A stretch of 64,000 nucleotides of DNA, taken from a virus. A program made the position numbers and the translations under genes. The notes under the pieces were generated by a model, which was given only the letters and a program-made list of their open reading frames with translations, searched no databases and was not told the origin of the DNA. Of the stretch, positions 8,615-18,709 are shown one piece after another. The first letter of the stretch is position 1, and the number at the start of each line of letters is the position of its first letter. The DNA is taken from IMG/VR virus record IMGVR_UViG_3300018080_000122, positions 1 through 64,000 of that record; one strand, written 5' to 3'.

Positions 8615-10135
8615 ATGGAGATCGTTATGCCTGTACCGCCGATCCGTGCTTTGACGAAGCAAATGTTTATTACCGCTGGCTTTATCACAGTTCCTATGAA
8701 CCTGTGGTTCGATGAAAACCTGAGCCAGAACGCAAAACATATGGTCGTAACGCTTTCCTCCCTCATGACTTCCAAGTTCGACGCCGTCATCGAAGTCGCC
8801 CAAAAACACCTGGCGCAGCTCCTGAAGTGGAGTGAGCGAAAAGTGATCAGGGCGATAAAGGAACTTATTGAGGCCGGAATCTTGACCAAGATAAAGAGAC
8901 GAAATAAATGTAATTGGTACGCATTTACCAGCCTGGAAAGCGGACTGAAAGAAGACTACGAATACATGTACCGATCTGGTACTGTAGAGCACGATTTGAG
9001 GGGCTCCCATCCATGGCCGATAGCCAAAGGAAGCCCTAACAAACGGGCCAATACCTTCCCAGGCGACCCTAAGTACCATATTGACAAGAGGAAAAGCGAA
9101 GCGAGCGGCCTTGATGAGCCGCCTTTGTCACTTCTACTCAAGGTGACAAATCCGTCACCTAGAGCTTTAAGTAATAAGGATGATGTTAAAGAAAACCATT
9201 CTTCAAATCATCCTAATTCAAATGAAGACGATATCTCTAAGACTAAACTAAACCCATCACCATCTCATAACGTCCCGATCAAGATGACCCCGACAAACAC
9301 AGAGACGATGAAAACTCCTCGGCCCCCCTCTGTCGTTTCTCCCAACTTTGAAAAAGGGTCAGCCGAAGATGTCAAACCCGAAAATACGATTTCAGAGGGC
9401 ACGGCCCTCTCCATTCACAAACAGGCAGAATGCCCGAGCTCCGACGGGGCTGTTTGCCGCTGGGGCGGCGTCCAACGACAACGGCCCTCTGCTGGGGGGA
9501 ATTTCGCGCTGTTAGGTATTTGTGAGGGTTGTTCAGATTTAGTGAATCTATTGAAAAAAGTTGCAGCGAAACAGGAATGGTTGACTTACACTGTAACTGG
9601 GAGCCCAATCATGCAACAGGTTAGCGGCATAAATCCTCCTGCCCCGGAAAGAAAACCCCAGAAAAGAAAACTATCGAAGAAAAATAAGCAAGGCAACCCC
9701 GAGAGGTTCCTGCCCAAGAAGATGAAAAAAGACTCTGGCCTCCGACAGACCGCCATTCATTTTGCTCAACTCATGCAGAAGACGTTCCCTGGCAAGCCGT
9801 TCTATCTGCAGGGCAAGGATTGGAATTCCGCCAAGCGCTTCCTTGAACTTATGGACGACGACGTAGAGATGACCAAAGCCTTCTACCGATGGATCTTCAA
9901 GGAATGGAAGAGGACCATACCTCAAAATATTAGTCCGATTGCCAAGATCAAACGCCCGTCACTGCCTGTGCTGATAGGCTTTAGGATGAGTTTGCTGGAC
10001 CTGTTCTACGATCAGGTGGGGGGAAAGAAGAAGAGCAAGAAGATGTCCAGAATCATGGACATTATGATGAAGCGGACGGAGGAGCGGTTGAAAAAGCACG
10101 CTGCCAAAAAACGGGAGGCCCATAAAAATGGCTAA
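8615..10135 (+). CDS. phage replication initiator-like protein (N-terminal HTH)
   Basis: VAQKHLAQLLKWSERKVIRAIKELIEAGIL HTH; lies upstream of loader, helicase and primase. Confidence 0.7.
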   Translation: MEIVMPVPPIRALTKQMFITAGFITVPMNLWFDENLSQNAKHMVVTLSSLMTSKFDAVIEVAQKHLAQLLKWSERKVIRAIKELIEAGILTKIKRRNKCNWYAFTSLESGLKEDYEYMYRSGTVEHDLRGSHPWPIAKGSPNKRANTFPGDPKYHIDKRKSEASGLDEPPLSLLLKVTNPSPRALSNKDDVKENHSSNHPNSNEDDISKTKLNPSPSHNVPIKMTPTNTETMKTPRPPSVVSPNFEKGSAEDVKPENTISEGTALSIHKQAECPSSDGAVCRWGGVQRQRPSAGGNFALLGICEGCSDLVNLLKKVAAKQEWLTYTVTGSPIMQQVSGINPPAPERKPQKRKLSKKNKQGNPERFLPKKMKKDSGLRQTAIHFAQLMQKTFPGKPFYLQGKDWNSAKRFLELMDDDVEMTKAFYRWIFKEWKRTIPQNISPIAKIKRPSLPVLIGFRMSLLDLFYDQVGGKKKSKKMSRIMDIMMKRTEERLKKHAAKKREAHKNG

Positions 10136-10844
10136 GCGAAAAAGGAAAATAAAGCCGCTGGATTTCAAAAATACGAAAGTCCGGCCACCCAATAAGCGGA
10201 AACGTAGAGTGCGAGATGTGTCAAACATTGACGTATCTGGTTTCGAAGAGTCGGCGCTGCCAGATAAACAGGAACGTCTGGTGATAGTCCCCAAAGCCAA
10301 AAGCGACCTTAGCGATGTAGACGAGTCGGCCATGTTTGATCTCGGTATACCCTTGAGGTTTGTGAAGCTAGAAAAAGAAGACGTCCCCTTCGAGCGTTAC
10401 GTATCTTTTATAGAGTCAGCGGTTGCTGGTGCTCAAGGGGACGTGCTCCCAGGAAGACTGACCGTAATAGACGGCCCAATTGATAGCGGCCGGGACGCTA
10501 TCGCATTCATAATCACCAAAAATTTCAGGCGAGCCCGATTCCTGGGTTACTGTTTGAACGGCCGCAAACTTAAAGACGAAATCCTTAGCTTGGACTCACT
10601 TGTCGATATCCATAGACTGGATTTTTTGGTGTTTTATGATGTGAACCCCAAGACGCTCAGCGAGTTTGAAGCCAAATTTTTATCTTCTGCTACCATGGAA
10701 TTCCTGACTAACAACAAGACAGTACTGTTAGCAGTAAACGATTTCTCTGAAATGGAGAGTAACACATATTTGGGGGACTTACCCGCAGCTGCAGAGCATT
10801 GGGGAGAAGTCCTGCCGTGTGACGAGACGTGGATGCCTAAATAG
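10128..10844 (+). CDS. DnaC/IstB-like helicase loader with degenerate P-loop
   Basis: GIPLRF, IDGPIDSGRD (Walker A remnant), FLVFYDV; position between initiator and helicase. Confidence 0.5.
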   Translation: MAKRKRKIKPLDFKNTKVRPPNKRKRRVRDVSNIDVSGFEESALPDKQERLVIVPKAKSDLSDVDESAMFDLGIPLRFVKLEKEDVPFERYVSFIESAVAGAQGDVLPGRLTVIDGPIDSGRDAIAFIITKNFRRARFLGYCLNGRKLKDEILSLDSLVDIHRLDFLVFYDVNPKTLSEFEAKFLSSATMEFLTNNKTVLLAVNDFSEMESNTYLGDLPAAAEHWGEVLPCDETWMPK

Positions 10845-10876
10845 TTTTATCGAAACAGAACAAGGACATTATATTC

Positions 10877-12250
10877 ATGGCAACAGATGACAAGGACATC
10901 GAGCTCTGCTGTGCCATCTTGCAAGAGAAAGCAGTAGAGTTCCTGGTAAATGACGACATTAAACCGTCATTTTTACGAAAACGCGGGCGCAAGATTTTCG
11001 AGTATATGAAAGGGCACTACGCCAAATTCGGAGATCTTCCTACACTCGACACCATTCACGGCCAGTTATCCCTCGAAGATGGGACCATGGACGCTTTCTT
11101 CGATGAGCTGGACACCGTGGATTACTACATTGACTTGCTGCGGAACCGCGCTGTCTGTCTAGAAATAGATTCATGGAAGGGCAAGGTCGGCAAAGCCCTC
11201 ATCAAATCCGACGGCGAAGAAGCTGTGGAGTGCGTGAAGGAGCTGTACGAGAAGATACTGAAAATGCAGTCCTCAACCACAGGGGAAGTCAGCATGGCCG
11301 ACTTCTCCGAGACGGCAGAGGAACGGTGGCAAGACTACAAGCGCGCTGAGAAGATGAAGGGCGGGATCATAGGCTACAAATTCCCTTGGGACGTCATGAA
11401 TCAGAAGACCCAGGGAATCCAGGATGGCAACTTGATAATCATAATCGGCAGCACGGGGATGGGAAAATCGTGGCTGCTGTCGTTGATAGCAAAATGTTTG
11501 TATGGTCAGTTCGTTCCTGGGTTTCCCGAGGGTGAAGACAGTAAAGTCGTGGTGCTGCTTATCACCATGGAAATGACTCGTGTAGAGATGGAGCGCCGCA
11601 TTGACGCTATCATGACAGGCCTCCCATTCCATAACTTGAAGCGCGGCATGCTGGACGACGTCTCCGGCAGGCAGAAATACAAAAACTACCTACTGTCGCT
11701 GAAAACCGAGGGCCACGACCGGCTCTACATTGCTGACGCTGGTTGCGCCAGAACCGTTACCGACATTGAAGTTCTGATGTCGCGTGTGCAGCCGCACGTG
11801 GTTCTAATAGACTCGTTCTATAAGCTGACCACTTGGGGGGCGCGTGAGCGAAAGAGGGAAGAGCGCGTCTCTGACGTGTCCTGGCAGATCAAACAGCTCG
11901 CCCTTCGCAAGAGCGTACCCATCGTGGCCACCACGCAGTACAACCGACAAGTGGCAATCAAAGCCAAGAAACATAAACACAAGGCTGGAGGAGCAGAAGG
12001 AGCCGGGTTCTCCTATGCGATCTTCCAAGATTGCGACCTGGGCATCAGTATCTACGGAGATGACCAGACCTTTAAATCCAAAGAACTCCACATCAGCCTG
12101 ATCAAGAACCGGAACGACCCAGGAGATTTAGCCTTCAGAACTGAGTGGGATCTGGAACAGATGGATTTTGATTATATAGGCCCACTTTACTTGCCGACCG
12201 GGGGCGGGTCTTCCACCGATTTCGACACTGAAGACGTGGACTGCAGTTAA
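10877..12250 (+). CDS. DnaB-like replicative helicase
   Basis: GSTGMGKS Walker A, ITMEM, VLIDSF, TTQYNR, QDCD, KNRN. Confidence 0.9.
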   Translation: MATDDKDIELCCAILQEKAVEFLVNDDIKPSFLRKRGRKIFEYMKGHYAKFGDLPTLDTIHGQLSLEDGTMDAFFDELDTVDYYIDLLRNRAVCLEIDSWKGKVGKALIKSDGEEAVECVKELYEKILKMQSSTTGEVSMADFSETAEERWQDYKRAEKMKGGIIGYKFPWDVMNQKTQGIQDGNLIIIIGSTGMGKSWLLSLIAKCLYGQFVPGFPEGEDSKVVVLLITMEMTRVEMERRIDAIMTGLPFHNLKRGMLDDVSGRQKYKNYLLSLKTEGHDRLYIADAGCARTVTDIEVLMSRVQPHVVLIDSFYKLTTWGARERKREERVSDVSWQIKQLALRKSVPIVATTQYNRQVAIKAKKHKHKAGGAEGAGFSYAIFQDCDLGISIYGDDQTFKSKELHISLIKNRNDPGDLAFRTEWDLEQMDFDYIGPLYLPTGGGSSTDFDTEDVDCS

Positions 12251-12251
12251 T

Positions 12252-13238
12252 ATGAAATATGAGGATCTTCTTTATGTGATAGACGAGTTGGGGTGTAAGC
12301 ACAAAGGTAATTTTGGCAGCAACAACATCCCTATAACTTGCCCGTTCGCCAAATTCAAAGATGAAGATCCCAACTCCATAAACTACGGGGACTATTTTCA
12401 CAGCGGCGGCGTAGATAACTCGCCATCTGTAACAATAAAAGTGAACCCTAATGGGCGGTCCCTATTCAGGTGTTGGTCAGCGTCGTGCATGCATCAGGGC
12501 ACACTTCAAGATATGATCGCACTTCTACACCATCTCGAAGGCTACACATACGGAGATCTACTTTGGTTCGTCCACGAAACAGAAGAAGAGCTGGAGGCAA
12601 AGAAGCACAGCGTTGTAAACCACTCTAAACACCAGTCACGAAAACAGGGTTACATGGTTTACAGCAAAGAGGAATTGGGGCAGTTTTCTTCAAAGTATCC
12701 CAGGTATCTTAGAGAACGTGGGATTACAGAGGAAACCTACCAGCGGTGGGATCTCAGATGGGACCGAGATGAGGGCCGAATCATTCTTCCTATTTACAGC
12801 AGGAAGAAAGAATTGGTTGGCATACGGTATCGTAAGATCGCCAAGAAACTTTACAGGCCTTTGCTCAGATTTGATCTCCAACGATGGTTTTTCGGGGAGC
12901 AGTTCTTCAGTAAAACCGATGAGTATGTGATCGTAGTTGAGGGCGAATTCGACGCAATGAAACTGGATCAGATGGGGTTTTCCGCAGTTGCTATTTTCGG
13001 GTCTACTCTCAAGCGTCGGCAACTGCGGAAGCTCCGTTCTTTTGAGGGCATCATTTACCTCATGTGGGACGACGACCTGGCAGGAAGGCGCGGCGCCAGC
13101 AGCGCCAAAGAAGCGCTACCTCACGCTAGGATTGTGAAACTGCCGCACGGAATGGACCCAGGTAACATCGATGACCCCAACATAGTGGAAGATCTTTTGG
13201 ATAAAGCTGACGAGGAGAGTGGCGATTGGATGAAATGA
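12252..13238 (+). CDS. DNA primase (Zn-binding + TOPRIM)
   Basis: CPF...RCWSASC, YLRERGI, VVEGEFDA, WDDDLAG, LPHGMDPG. Confidence 0.9.
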   Translation: MKYEDLLYVIDELGCKHKGNFGSNNIPITCPFAKFKDEDPNSINYGDYFHSGGVDNSPSVTIKVNPNGRSLFRCWSASCMHQGTLQDMIALLHHLEGYTYGDLLWFVHETEEELEAKKHSVVNHSKHQSRKQGYMVYSKEELGQFSSKYPRYLRERGITEETYQRWDLRWDRDEGRIILPIYSRKKELVGIRYRKIAKKLYRPLLRFDLQRWFFGEQFFSKTDEYVIVVEGEFDAMKLDQMGFSAVAIFGSTLKRRQLRKLRSFEGIIYLMWDDDLAGRRGASSAKEALPHARIVKLPHGMDPGNIDDPNIVEDLLDKADEESGDWMK

Positions 13239-13537
13239 ACAAAGAGTGCCGGAATACCCTTTACGCGCTCACCGAGACCATGATCTCCAGGTTGAAAGCC
13301 GATGATATCGAAGGGGCCAGCAGGGCGCTAAGCTGGTTTGAACACATCGCCAAGTACGAGCACGAAAAACCATTGAATACTTTCGATTCTGAGGGCGTGA
13401 TCTATGCAGAGGCGTTATCATGGATGTTGGGACTGCAGAACGCGGTCTCCAGGAAAAAGCCACACGGCATAGGTACTTTCGTCGCCAACAGTCGTAAGTG
13501 CCTATCAAAAATAACTAAGAGGAAGAAAAATGGGTAG
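13226..13537 (+). CDS. hypothetical protein
   Basis: Overlapping coupled ORF. Confidence 0.5.
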   Translation: MDEMNKECRNTLYALTETMISRLKADDIEGASRALSWFEHIAKYEHEKPLNTFDSEGVIYAEALSWMLGLQNAVSRKKPHGIGTFVANSRKCLSKITKRKKNG

Positions 13538-13832
13538 CTTTTCAAGCGAAGGTGCTTGGCAATACGGAGGCACTAATCCTGGACAACCCTCTTACGTACA
13601 TACTAACTATGACTATGGTTATCTAGGGAGTATTCCAGGCTTGACGTGGTTACCCCCTGTTAACACCATAGAAGATCTTGATGAACTAACGACCGGAGAT
13701 GGCAGCGCTGCTTATGTTATAGAAGACGACAGCTTCCATGTATTCAGTAGGGGTATGTGGGTTAAAGTAGCAGGCCAGCCTTCGCTTCCTTGCGGGGAAG
13801 TGAACGGTCTTCCAATGGATGGCAACATGTAA
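13530..13832 (+). CDS. hypothetical protein
   Basis: ORF; contains a module resembling repeats in 19776..20735. Confidence 0.5.
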   Translation: MGSFSSEGAWQYGGTNPGQPSYVHTNYDYGYLGSIPGLTWLPPVNTIEDLDELTTGDGSAAYVIEDDSFHVFSRGMWVKVAGQPSLPCGEVNGLPMDGNM

Positions 13833-14161
13833 TGGCCATCCAACACCACAGATGCCGCTAACGGACACATCAATCCAGGTCGAGGTCTAACACTGAGCAG
13901 CACTACCACAACCGTTGACGATGACGACTACGATATGTACGAAGTCCCATCAGCCGCGACTATGAAGCAATTGTCATTATTGCTGCTGGGCGTCAGCCTA
14001 GCCATACTACGTGCATCTAGGCGCGACCTTGGCAACTCTGCGAAGACTACCATGACCAGGTGGTGGGGCCGGATCTTGAGCGCCATTCTACTTTCGACGA
14101 TTTGGTTCATTTTCTTTGATTGGCAAACGGTACTTGACGTCCTACAGTAAATAGAATTTTG

Positions 14162-14189
14162 TTGCGCTAACTCTCCCCTCTGTTACACT
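14162..14189 (+). promoter_or_regulatory. phage promoter TTGCGCTAAC-N12-TACACT
   Basis: Recurrent motif. Confidence 0.6.
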
Positions 14190-14878
14190 GATTACTAACA
14201 GGAATGCCCAATAGCGGATATGGAAGGAACGTAGTGACAGACTTCAACCTAATGGACTAGCGGAGTATATAAAGGACAATGACCTTGATGAAAGGTGAGA
14301 ACCGTCGCCTGCGGGGCGGTTGCGTTGGTGTGTGAGGAAAGGAAAAAAACAATGAGAATCGATGAAATACTTGATGAGTACAACTCGGAAACCCTCCTAA
14401 CAGCAGCGCGAAACTGCCTTACGCCCGCCGTGTTCGCCTCGCTAATGGCGGAGGACGCGGAAGACGTTGACGAGGCACTGGAGCGTGTCCGAATCATAAT
14501 TGATGAGGACGGAGAAGGGGAGGACCGGAAAATATTATGAAAACTTGTTCGTATAATCCTGATTTTGGTCGATATAACTAGTGATACGACTCTTGGCGGC
14601 AGGTATTCGATCAAGGTTTGGGAGTGACAATGGACAAGCACAAGCTTAAGAAAACAGGTCAGCAGCGTTATGACATTTTGTTAGAGGGTAAGGTTGTTGG
14701 GTCAGTGTACAAAACCATATCGTGGGGCCGAGAAGTGTGGAGGCACTCCAGGGAGTCACAACCTTCATTAGGTTATCGGACTAGAAAGATAGCAGTTTTT
14801 TATTGTCTTGATGCTTATAAGGAGTCAGGAACTTGATTTCTTTTTTGAACAGATTGTTAAGTCCTTTTGGGGAACCAA

Positions 14879-15043
14879 GTGAGTGACGACCGCTTGCTAC
14901 CAATCTCAGAAGCCGCAGAGATGCTCGGTGTAGGGATAAGCACCTTACGCCAGTGGGACGCTGATGGCACGTTGGAGCCTATACGTACTCCTGGTGGTCA
15001 TCGACGTTACCGTCTCTCAGATGTGTTTGAAATGCAGGACTGA
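14879..15043 (+). CDS. small MerR-type/excisionase-like HTH protein (resembles the IS607 TnpA N-terminus)
   Basis: LLPISEAAEMLGVGISTLRQWDADGTLEPIRTPGGHRRY; 54 aa, below the ORF-track cutoff. Confidence 0.7.
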   Translation: MSDDRLLPISEAAEMLGVGISTLRQWDADGTLEPIRTPGGHRRYRLSDVFEMQD

Positions 15044-15135
15044 GACCAGACGAAGCGACCTTCCTGAGACTAAGTCTTACATCAAGAGTAGAGAACCCAG
15101 CGGTTTAGACTACCAGGGAAACCAGAGGAAAAAAC

Positions 15136-15912
15136 ATGTCTGATAAGCTTGGTGACAGAATGAAAGCCTACGAGAGAGAATACACGGCTGAGAGAATAGG
15201 TCCAGGTGTTTACTCCGTGGTGCGAATAGACGGCAGAGCCTTTCATACGTTCACAAGGGGTATGGATAGACCGTTTGACTTTTACTTTGCGAGATCGATG
15301 GTTAACACTGCCAGCCATCTGGTGCGTAACCACAAGCCTCTTGTAGCGTACGTACAGTCTGACGAAATCTCACTGGTGTTTGCTCCAGGTAAGCTTCCGT
15401 TTGGAGGTAAGGTCTACAAGATAAACTCAGTCTTAGCCTCTGAGACTGCTGTCTTTTTCCACGAGTGTATACAGAGGCACGCGGCCTTGAGTTCGACACC
15501 CAGGTTACCCTCTTTTGACTGCAGGGTCTGGACAGTGCCTAACAGGGCTGAAGCTATGAACGCCGTTCTGTGGAGGTTTTTCGACGCTAAACGCAACAGT
15601 GTGTCTATGCTCTGTAGGGCTCACTTCTCGCACAAAGAGATGTTTCGCAAGGACTGTCAGGGTCAGATCAATATGCTCGCGGAAAAGGGTGTCTCCTGGC
15701 ACGATCTCCGTCCCCTAGAATTTAAATGGGGAATATTCCTGGTAAGGAGGGTGGTTGAGAAGACTCTAACTGAGGAAGAGCTTACCAGGCTACCAGAGAA
15801 ACATAGACCTGACGGACCCGTTATGCGCTCTACGGTAGAGGCTGTGAGAATACTTGGAGAGGAAGACCCAGTGCACGAGGTTCAACGGTTTCTCAGTAGC
15901 GTGATTACATGA
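15136..15912 (+). CDS. tRNA-His guanylyltransferase (Thg1)-like 3'-5' polymerase
   Basis: RIDGRAFHTFT, YVQSDEISL, FDCRV, WR..DA.RNS. Confidence 0.9.
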   Translation: MSDKLGDRMKAYEREYTAERIGPGVYSVVRIDGRAFHTFTRGMDRPFDFYFARSMVNTASHLVRNHKPLVAYVQSDEISLVFAPGKLPFGGKVYKINSVLASETAVFFHECIQRHAALSSTPRLPSFDCRVWTVPNRAEAMNAVLWRFFDAKRNSVSMLCRAHFSHKEMFRKDCQGQINMLAEKGVSWHDLRPLEFKWGIFLVRRVVEKTLTEEELTRLPEKHRPDGPVMRSTVEAVRILGEEDPVHEVQRFLSSVIT

Positions 15913-16080
15913 AAAAGAAAAAGCCGCATAGGTGGATCACTCTTCCTCTTAAACACTTCAAGTGGCCTGTCTGCAAAAGGTGTGGACTTATATTGTTGAA
16001 CAACGAGCTTACTACATTTATAGGTCAGAGGGTAATTTGCTATGACGGACAGAATAAAAGAACTAGAAGACTTTCTCAAT

Positions 16081-16220
16081 GGCAGATGGCTGATTACGCT
16101 GACGCGCTCGTGGCCGTTTGGGATGGGGAATCACGTGGCACAGTGCATATGATCTGTCGTGCAAAAGAGAACGGGCTGAAAGTCTACGTAGTTGATAAGA
16201 ACGGGGACATGTATGTTTAA
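16081..16220 (+). pseudogene. C-terminal fragment of a SLOG/DUF2493-like protein fused to a small CxxC ORF (15909..16220)
   Basis: QMADYADALVAVWDGESRGTVHMI..AK..GL.V is a typical SLOG C-terminus; the N-terminal half is absent. Confidence 0.5.
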
Positions 16221-16974
16221 CCCATCACGAACTCGTGTAGATACCTCTAGATCTCACAAGTCATACAAACAATGTCGAGGGTGCCACAACTGCGGCTATG
16301 TCTTCATTTACTATGACTACGACGCGGCCACAAAATATTACTGCGCGTTCAAGGCGCCCCCACGACCAAAATGTATGAGCATGGCCATGCGCTCTTATGA
16401 AGAATACGTTGACATGGACACTGAAGGCGAAGAGGCCTGGTACGCAGCTTACGATGCATGGGATGAGTGGCGTAAGGGTAGAGAGGTTCATCCTTGGGGC
16501 AAGTGCGACCACCACCAATCAGCCTTTTGGGTCTCTGTTGACGGGGCCTCAAGAGAATTTGCGTCGTTGCCAGAGTCTCTGCAAAAGGCCGCCAAAGCAC
16601 AGGTGTATCCTGACTGGGCAAAGACACACCAGAACATTACCGAGGAAGGGCAGGACATGACTAGAGAAACATGTAGATGTGTGTTCTGCGGCAGCACAGA
16701 CAGACCGATGAGAACGTCTGGTTATGGAGACTGCTGCATTAGGAGCTATAAGAAGTTGGGTCTGATTGCTTTTCTGAACAGGCTGCTGGACTACGAGAAG
16801 GAGATACTAAACAAAGGCGTGTATGGAGACTTGGAGACGCTACAGAAGGTAAGAGGTTTGGTGTACCTCGCAGGCTACGACATCGGCGTCTCCATTGAAG
16901 ACCTAGTCACAAAGGAGAGCAGGGACGATGAAACTGTCGGAGATGATAAAGGAACTGCAGAGTCTGCAGGTTGA
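16192..16974 (+). CDS. Cys-rich hypothetical protein
   Basis: Several CxxC motifs; start uncertain (ATG near 16214). Confidence 0.5.
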   Translation: MIRTGTCMFNPSRTRVDTSRSHKSYKQCRGCHNCGYVFIYYDYDAATKYYCAFKAPPRPKCMSMAMRSYEEYVDMDTEGEEAWYAAYDAWDEWRKGREVHPWGKCDHHQSAFWVSVDGASREFASLPESLQKAAKAQVYPDWAKTHQNITEEGQDMTRETCRCVFCGSTDRPMRTSGYGDCCIRSYKKLGLIAFLNRLLDYEKEILNKGVYGDLETLQKVRGLVYLAGYDIGVSIEDLVTKESRDDETVGDDKGTAESAG

Positions 16975-17106
16975 TGATGGTCCTGACTACAAGGTGCGTA
17001 TATTGGCAGAAGAAGACGACGACTACATAGAGGCGCCTATCACTAAGATCTCGCTTGATCAGAGTCCTCGATTTGGTTCTCATGTGTTAATTCAAGGAGA
17101 GCGTAA

Positions 17107-17454
17107 ATGAGCAGACAGTACACAGAAGAGGAGGTCCTAAATAGAGTGCTGGACCATATATGGCATCTTATAGGGTACTGGAATTCCGAAGGCTACAGCA
17201 ACGTTGAAAAGACTAGATCTACCCGTGAACGGATGGAAGGCCTGGCCTTCTCTATCCTGGCGATGCTAGACGGTTCTTGCATGGATATCCCCAAATTCAT
17301 AGTGGCTCCAGATCCGCACCCAGCGGACAAAGAATACCACCAAGATAACGATGAAAACTGGTTTCCTGACAACAGCGAGGCCAATATCGAGTGCGATTTG
17401 GGTGGTGGCCTTCACGAGTTATTTAATAGCAGGAGACCCAAGAGTGTTCATTAA
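17107..17454 (+). CDS. hypothetical phage protein
   Basis: Coupled ORF with RBS. Confidence 0.55.
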   Translation: MSRQYTEEEVLNRVLDHIWHLIGYWNSEGYSNVEKTRSTRERMEGLAFSILAMLDGSCMDIPKFIVAPDPHPADKEYHQDNDENWFPDNSEANIECDLGGGLHELFNSRRPKSVH

Positions 17455-17882
17455 AATCATGTGCTCCTGGTGTCATGGTAGAGGCAAAGATTATTTTGAC
17501 GGGCCTTCTTGTAAAAGGTGCGATGGTAGGGGGCAGATTTGGAAGGACGTGGAAAAGGTGCAATCCATTGGCCTCCTAATCTACAATGGAATGATTGTGG
17601 ACCCAGATAACTACGAAATAAAAGAAGACGAAGTTGTCATACATGACCCCGAGGTGCGCGTGGATCAAGACGATAGGCTTATTTTCTGGACGCCTTTTCC
17701 AAGCAAATAGAAGGAGCCTTTAATGCCTGCCCCTGTTTGTAGCCAATGCGCCCACTGCCTCATCATCAAGCGTGAAATCGGTCACGGGATGCAGTGGTTC
17801 TGCAAGATCCTAAAGAGGGAAATGGACGCAGACATTACTGCGTGCAGCGATTTCTATATGCATCCATCCATAGAGGAAGACC

Positions 17883-18281
17883 ATGAAAAAGCACCTGGTA
17901 GTTAAATATAAGAACTGCAACCAGATCATCATAGACACGCCCGCCAGGTTGGAGCGCATTCTCAAGACCGTGGCCGATAAATGCGGCCTGACCAGTTTGG
18001 GCAGCGTAAGCCATAGATTCGCGCCCCAAGGAGTCACGGCAGTCCTCATAACTGCAGAGAGCCACATCAGGATATCAACGTGGCCAGAAACAGGTGAAGC
18101 CTATGTGGATTTCTTTTCCTGCAAGCCAAAGACTAATTTCATGCTGGCCGTCAAGGTTATTGCCAAAGAGATAAAATCTACCCAGTGCGACGTGGCGATT
18201 ATGGACAGAGACCACCACAAAATTCTTGACAGGTTTAGTCTTTCCGTAATTGAAGAGTGCACAGCAGAGGAGCTGATATGA
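17883..18281 (+). CDS. speD: S-adenosylmethionine decarboxylase proenzyme
   Basis: HRFAPQGVT, AESHI (pyruvoyl cleavage site), TWPE, VDFFSC. Confidence 0.85.
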   Translation: MKKHLVVKYKNCNQIIIDTPARLERILKTVADKCGLTSLGSVSHRFAPQGVTAVLITAESHIRISTWPETGEAYVDFFSCKPKTNFMLAVKVIAKEIKSTQCDVAIMDRDHHKILDRFSLSVIEECTAEELI

Positions 18282-18709
18282 GCAGGCAATCCGACTTCGT
18301 AGAACAGGATATTCTTAAAAAGATTAGAGAACTTGGAAGGCTGTCCCTCTTCAACATGTATATAGATAAAGATGGCACTATAAACACTCTACACAAAGAT
18401 GACGCCGAACAGCAGAAAAAATCTTTGTTGGACAACATAGAATTATGGGCAAGGGATCTGATCAAATCTGATTCCGTAGACGCCGTGATTGAAAATGCCC
18501 CCACTAAAATCGTGGTATCGTTTGGCACGGAAGACGAACCAATGCCATCTATGACATTTGACCATACGATGGCAGGTCTAGTGTCTGCACTTGTTGAGGC
18601 TACAGAGTTCGTAGCAGATCATGATATCAGAGCAGACACGGACAACGGTGCCATAGTTACCTTCACCGCACCTGGATGCGGGTGGGTTATGATCCACAAG
18701 GCTAAATAA
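18257..18709 (+). CDS. hypothetical protein
   Basis: ORF with RBS; likely starts at the ATG at 18278. Confidence 0.5.
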   Translation: MHSRGADMSRQSDFVEQDILKKIRELGRLSLFNMYIDKDGTINTLHKDDAEQQKKSLLDNIELWARDLIKSDSVDAVIENAPTKIVVSFGTEDEPMPSMTFDHTMAGLVSALVEATEFVADHDIRADTDNGAIVTFTAPGCGWVMIHKAK

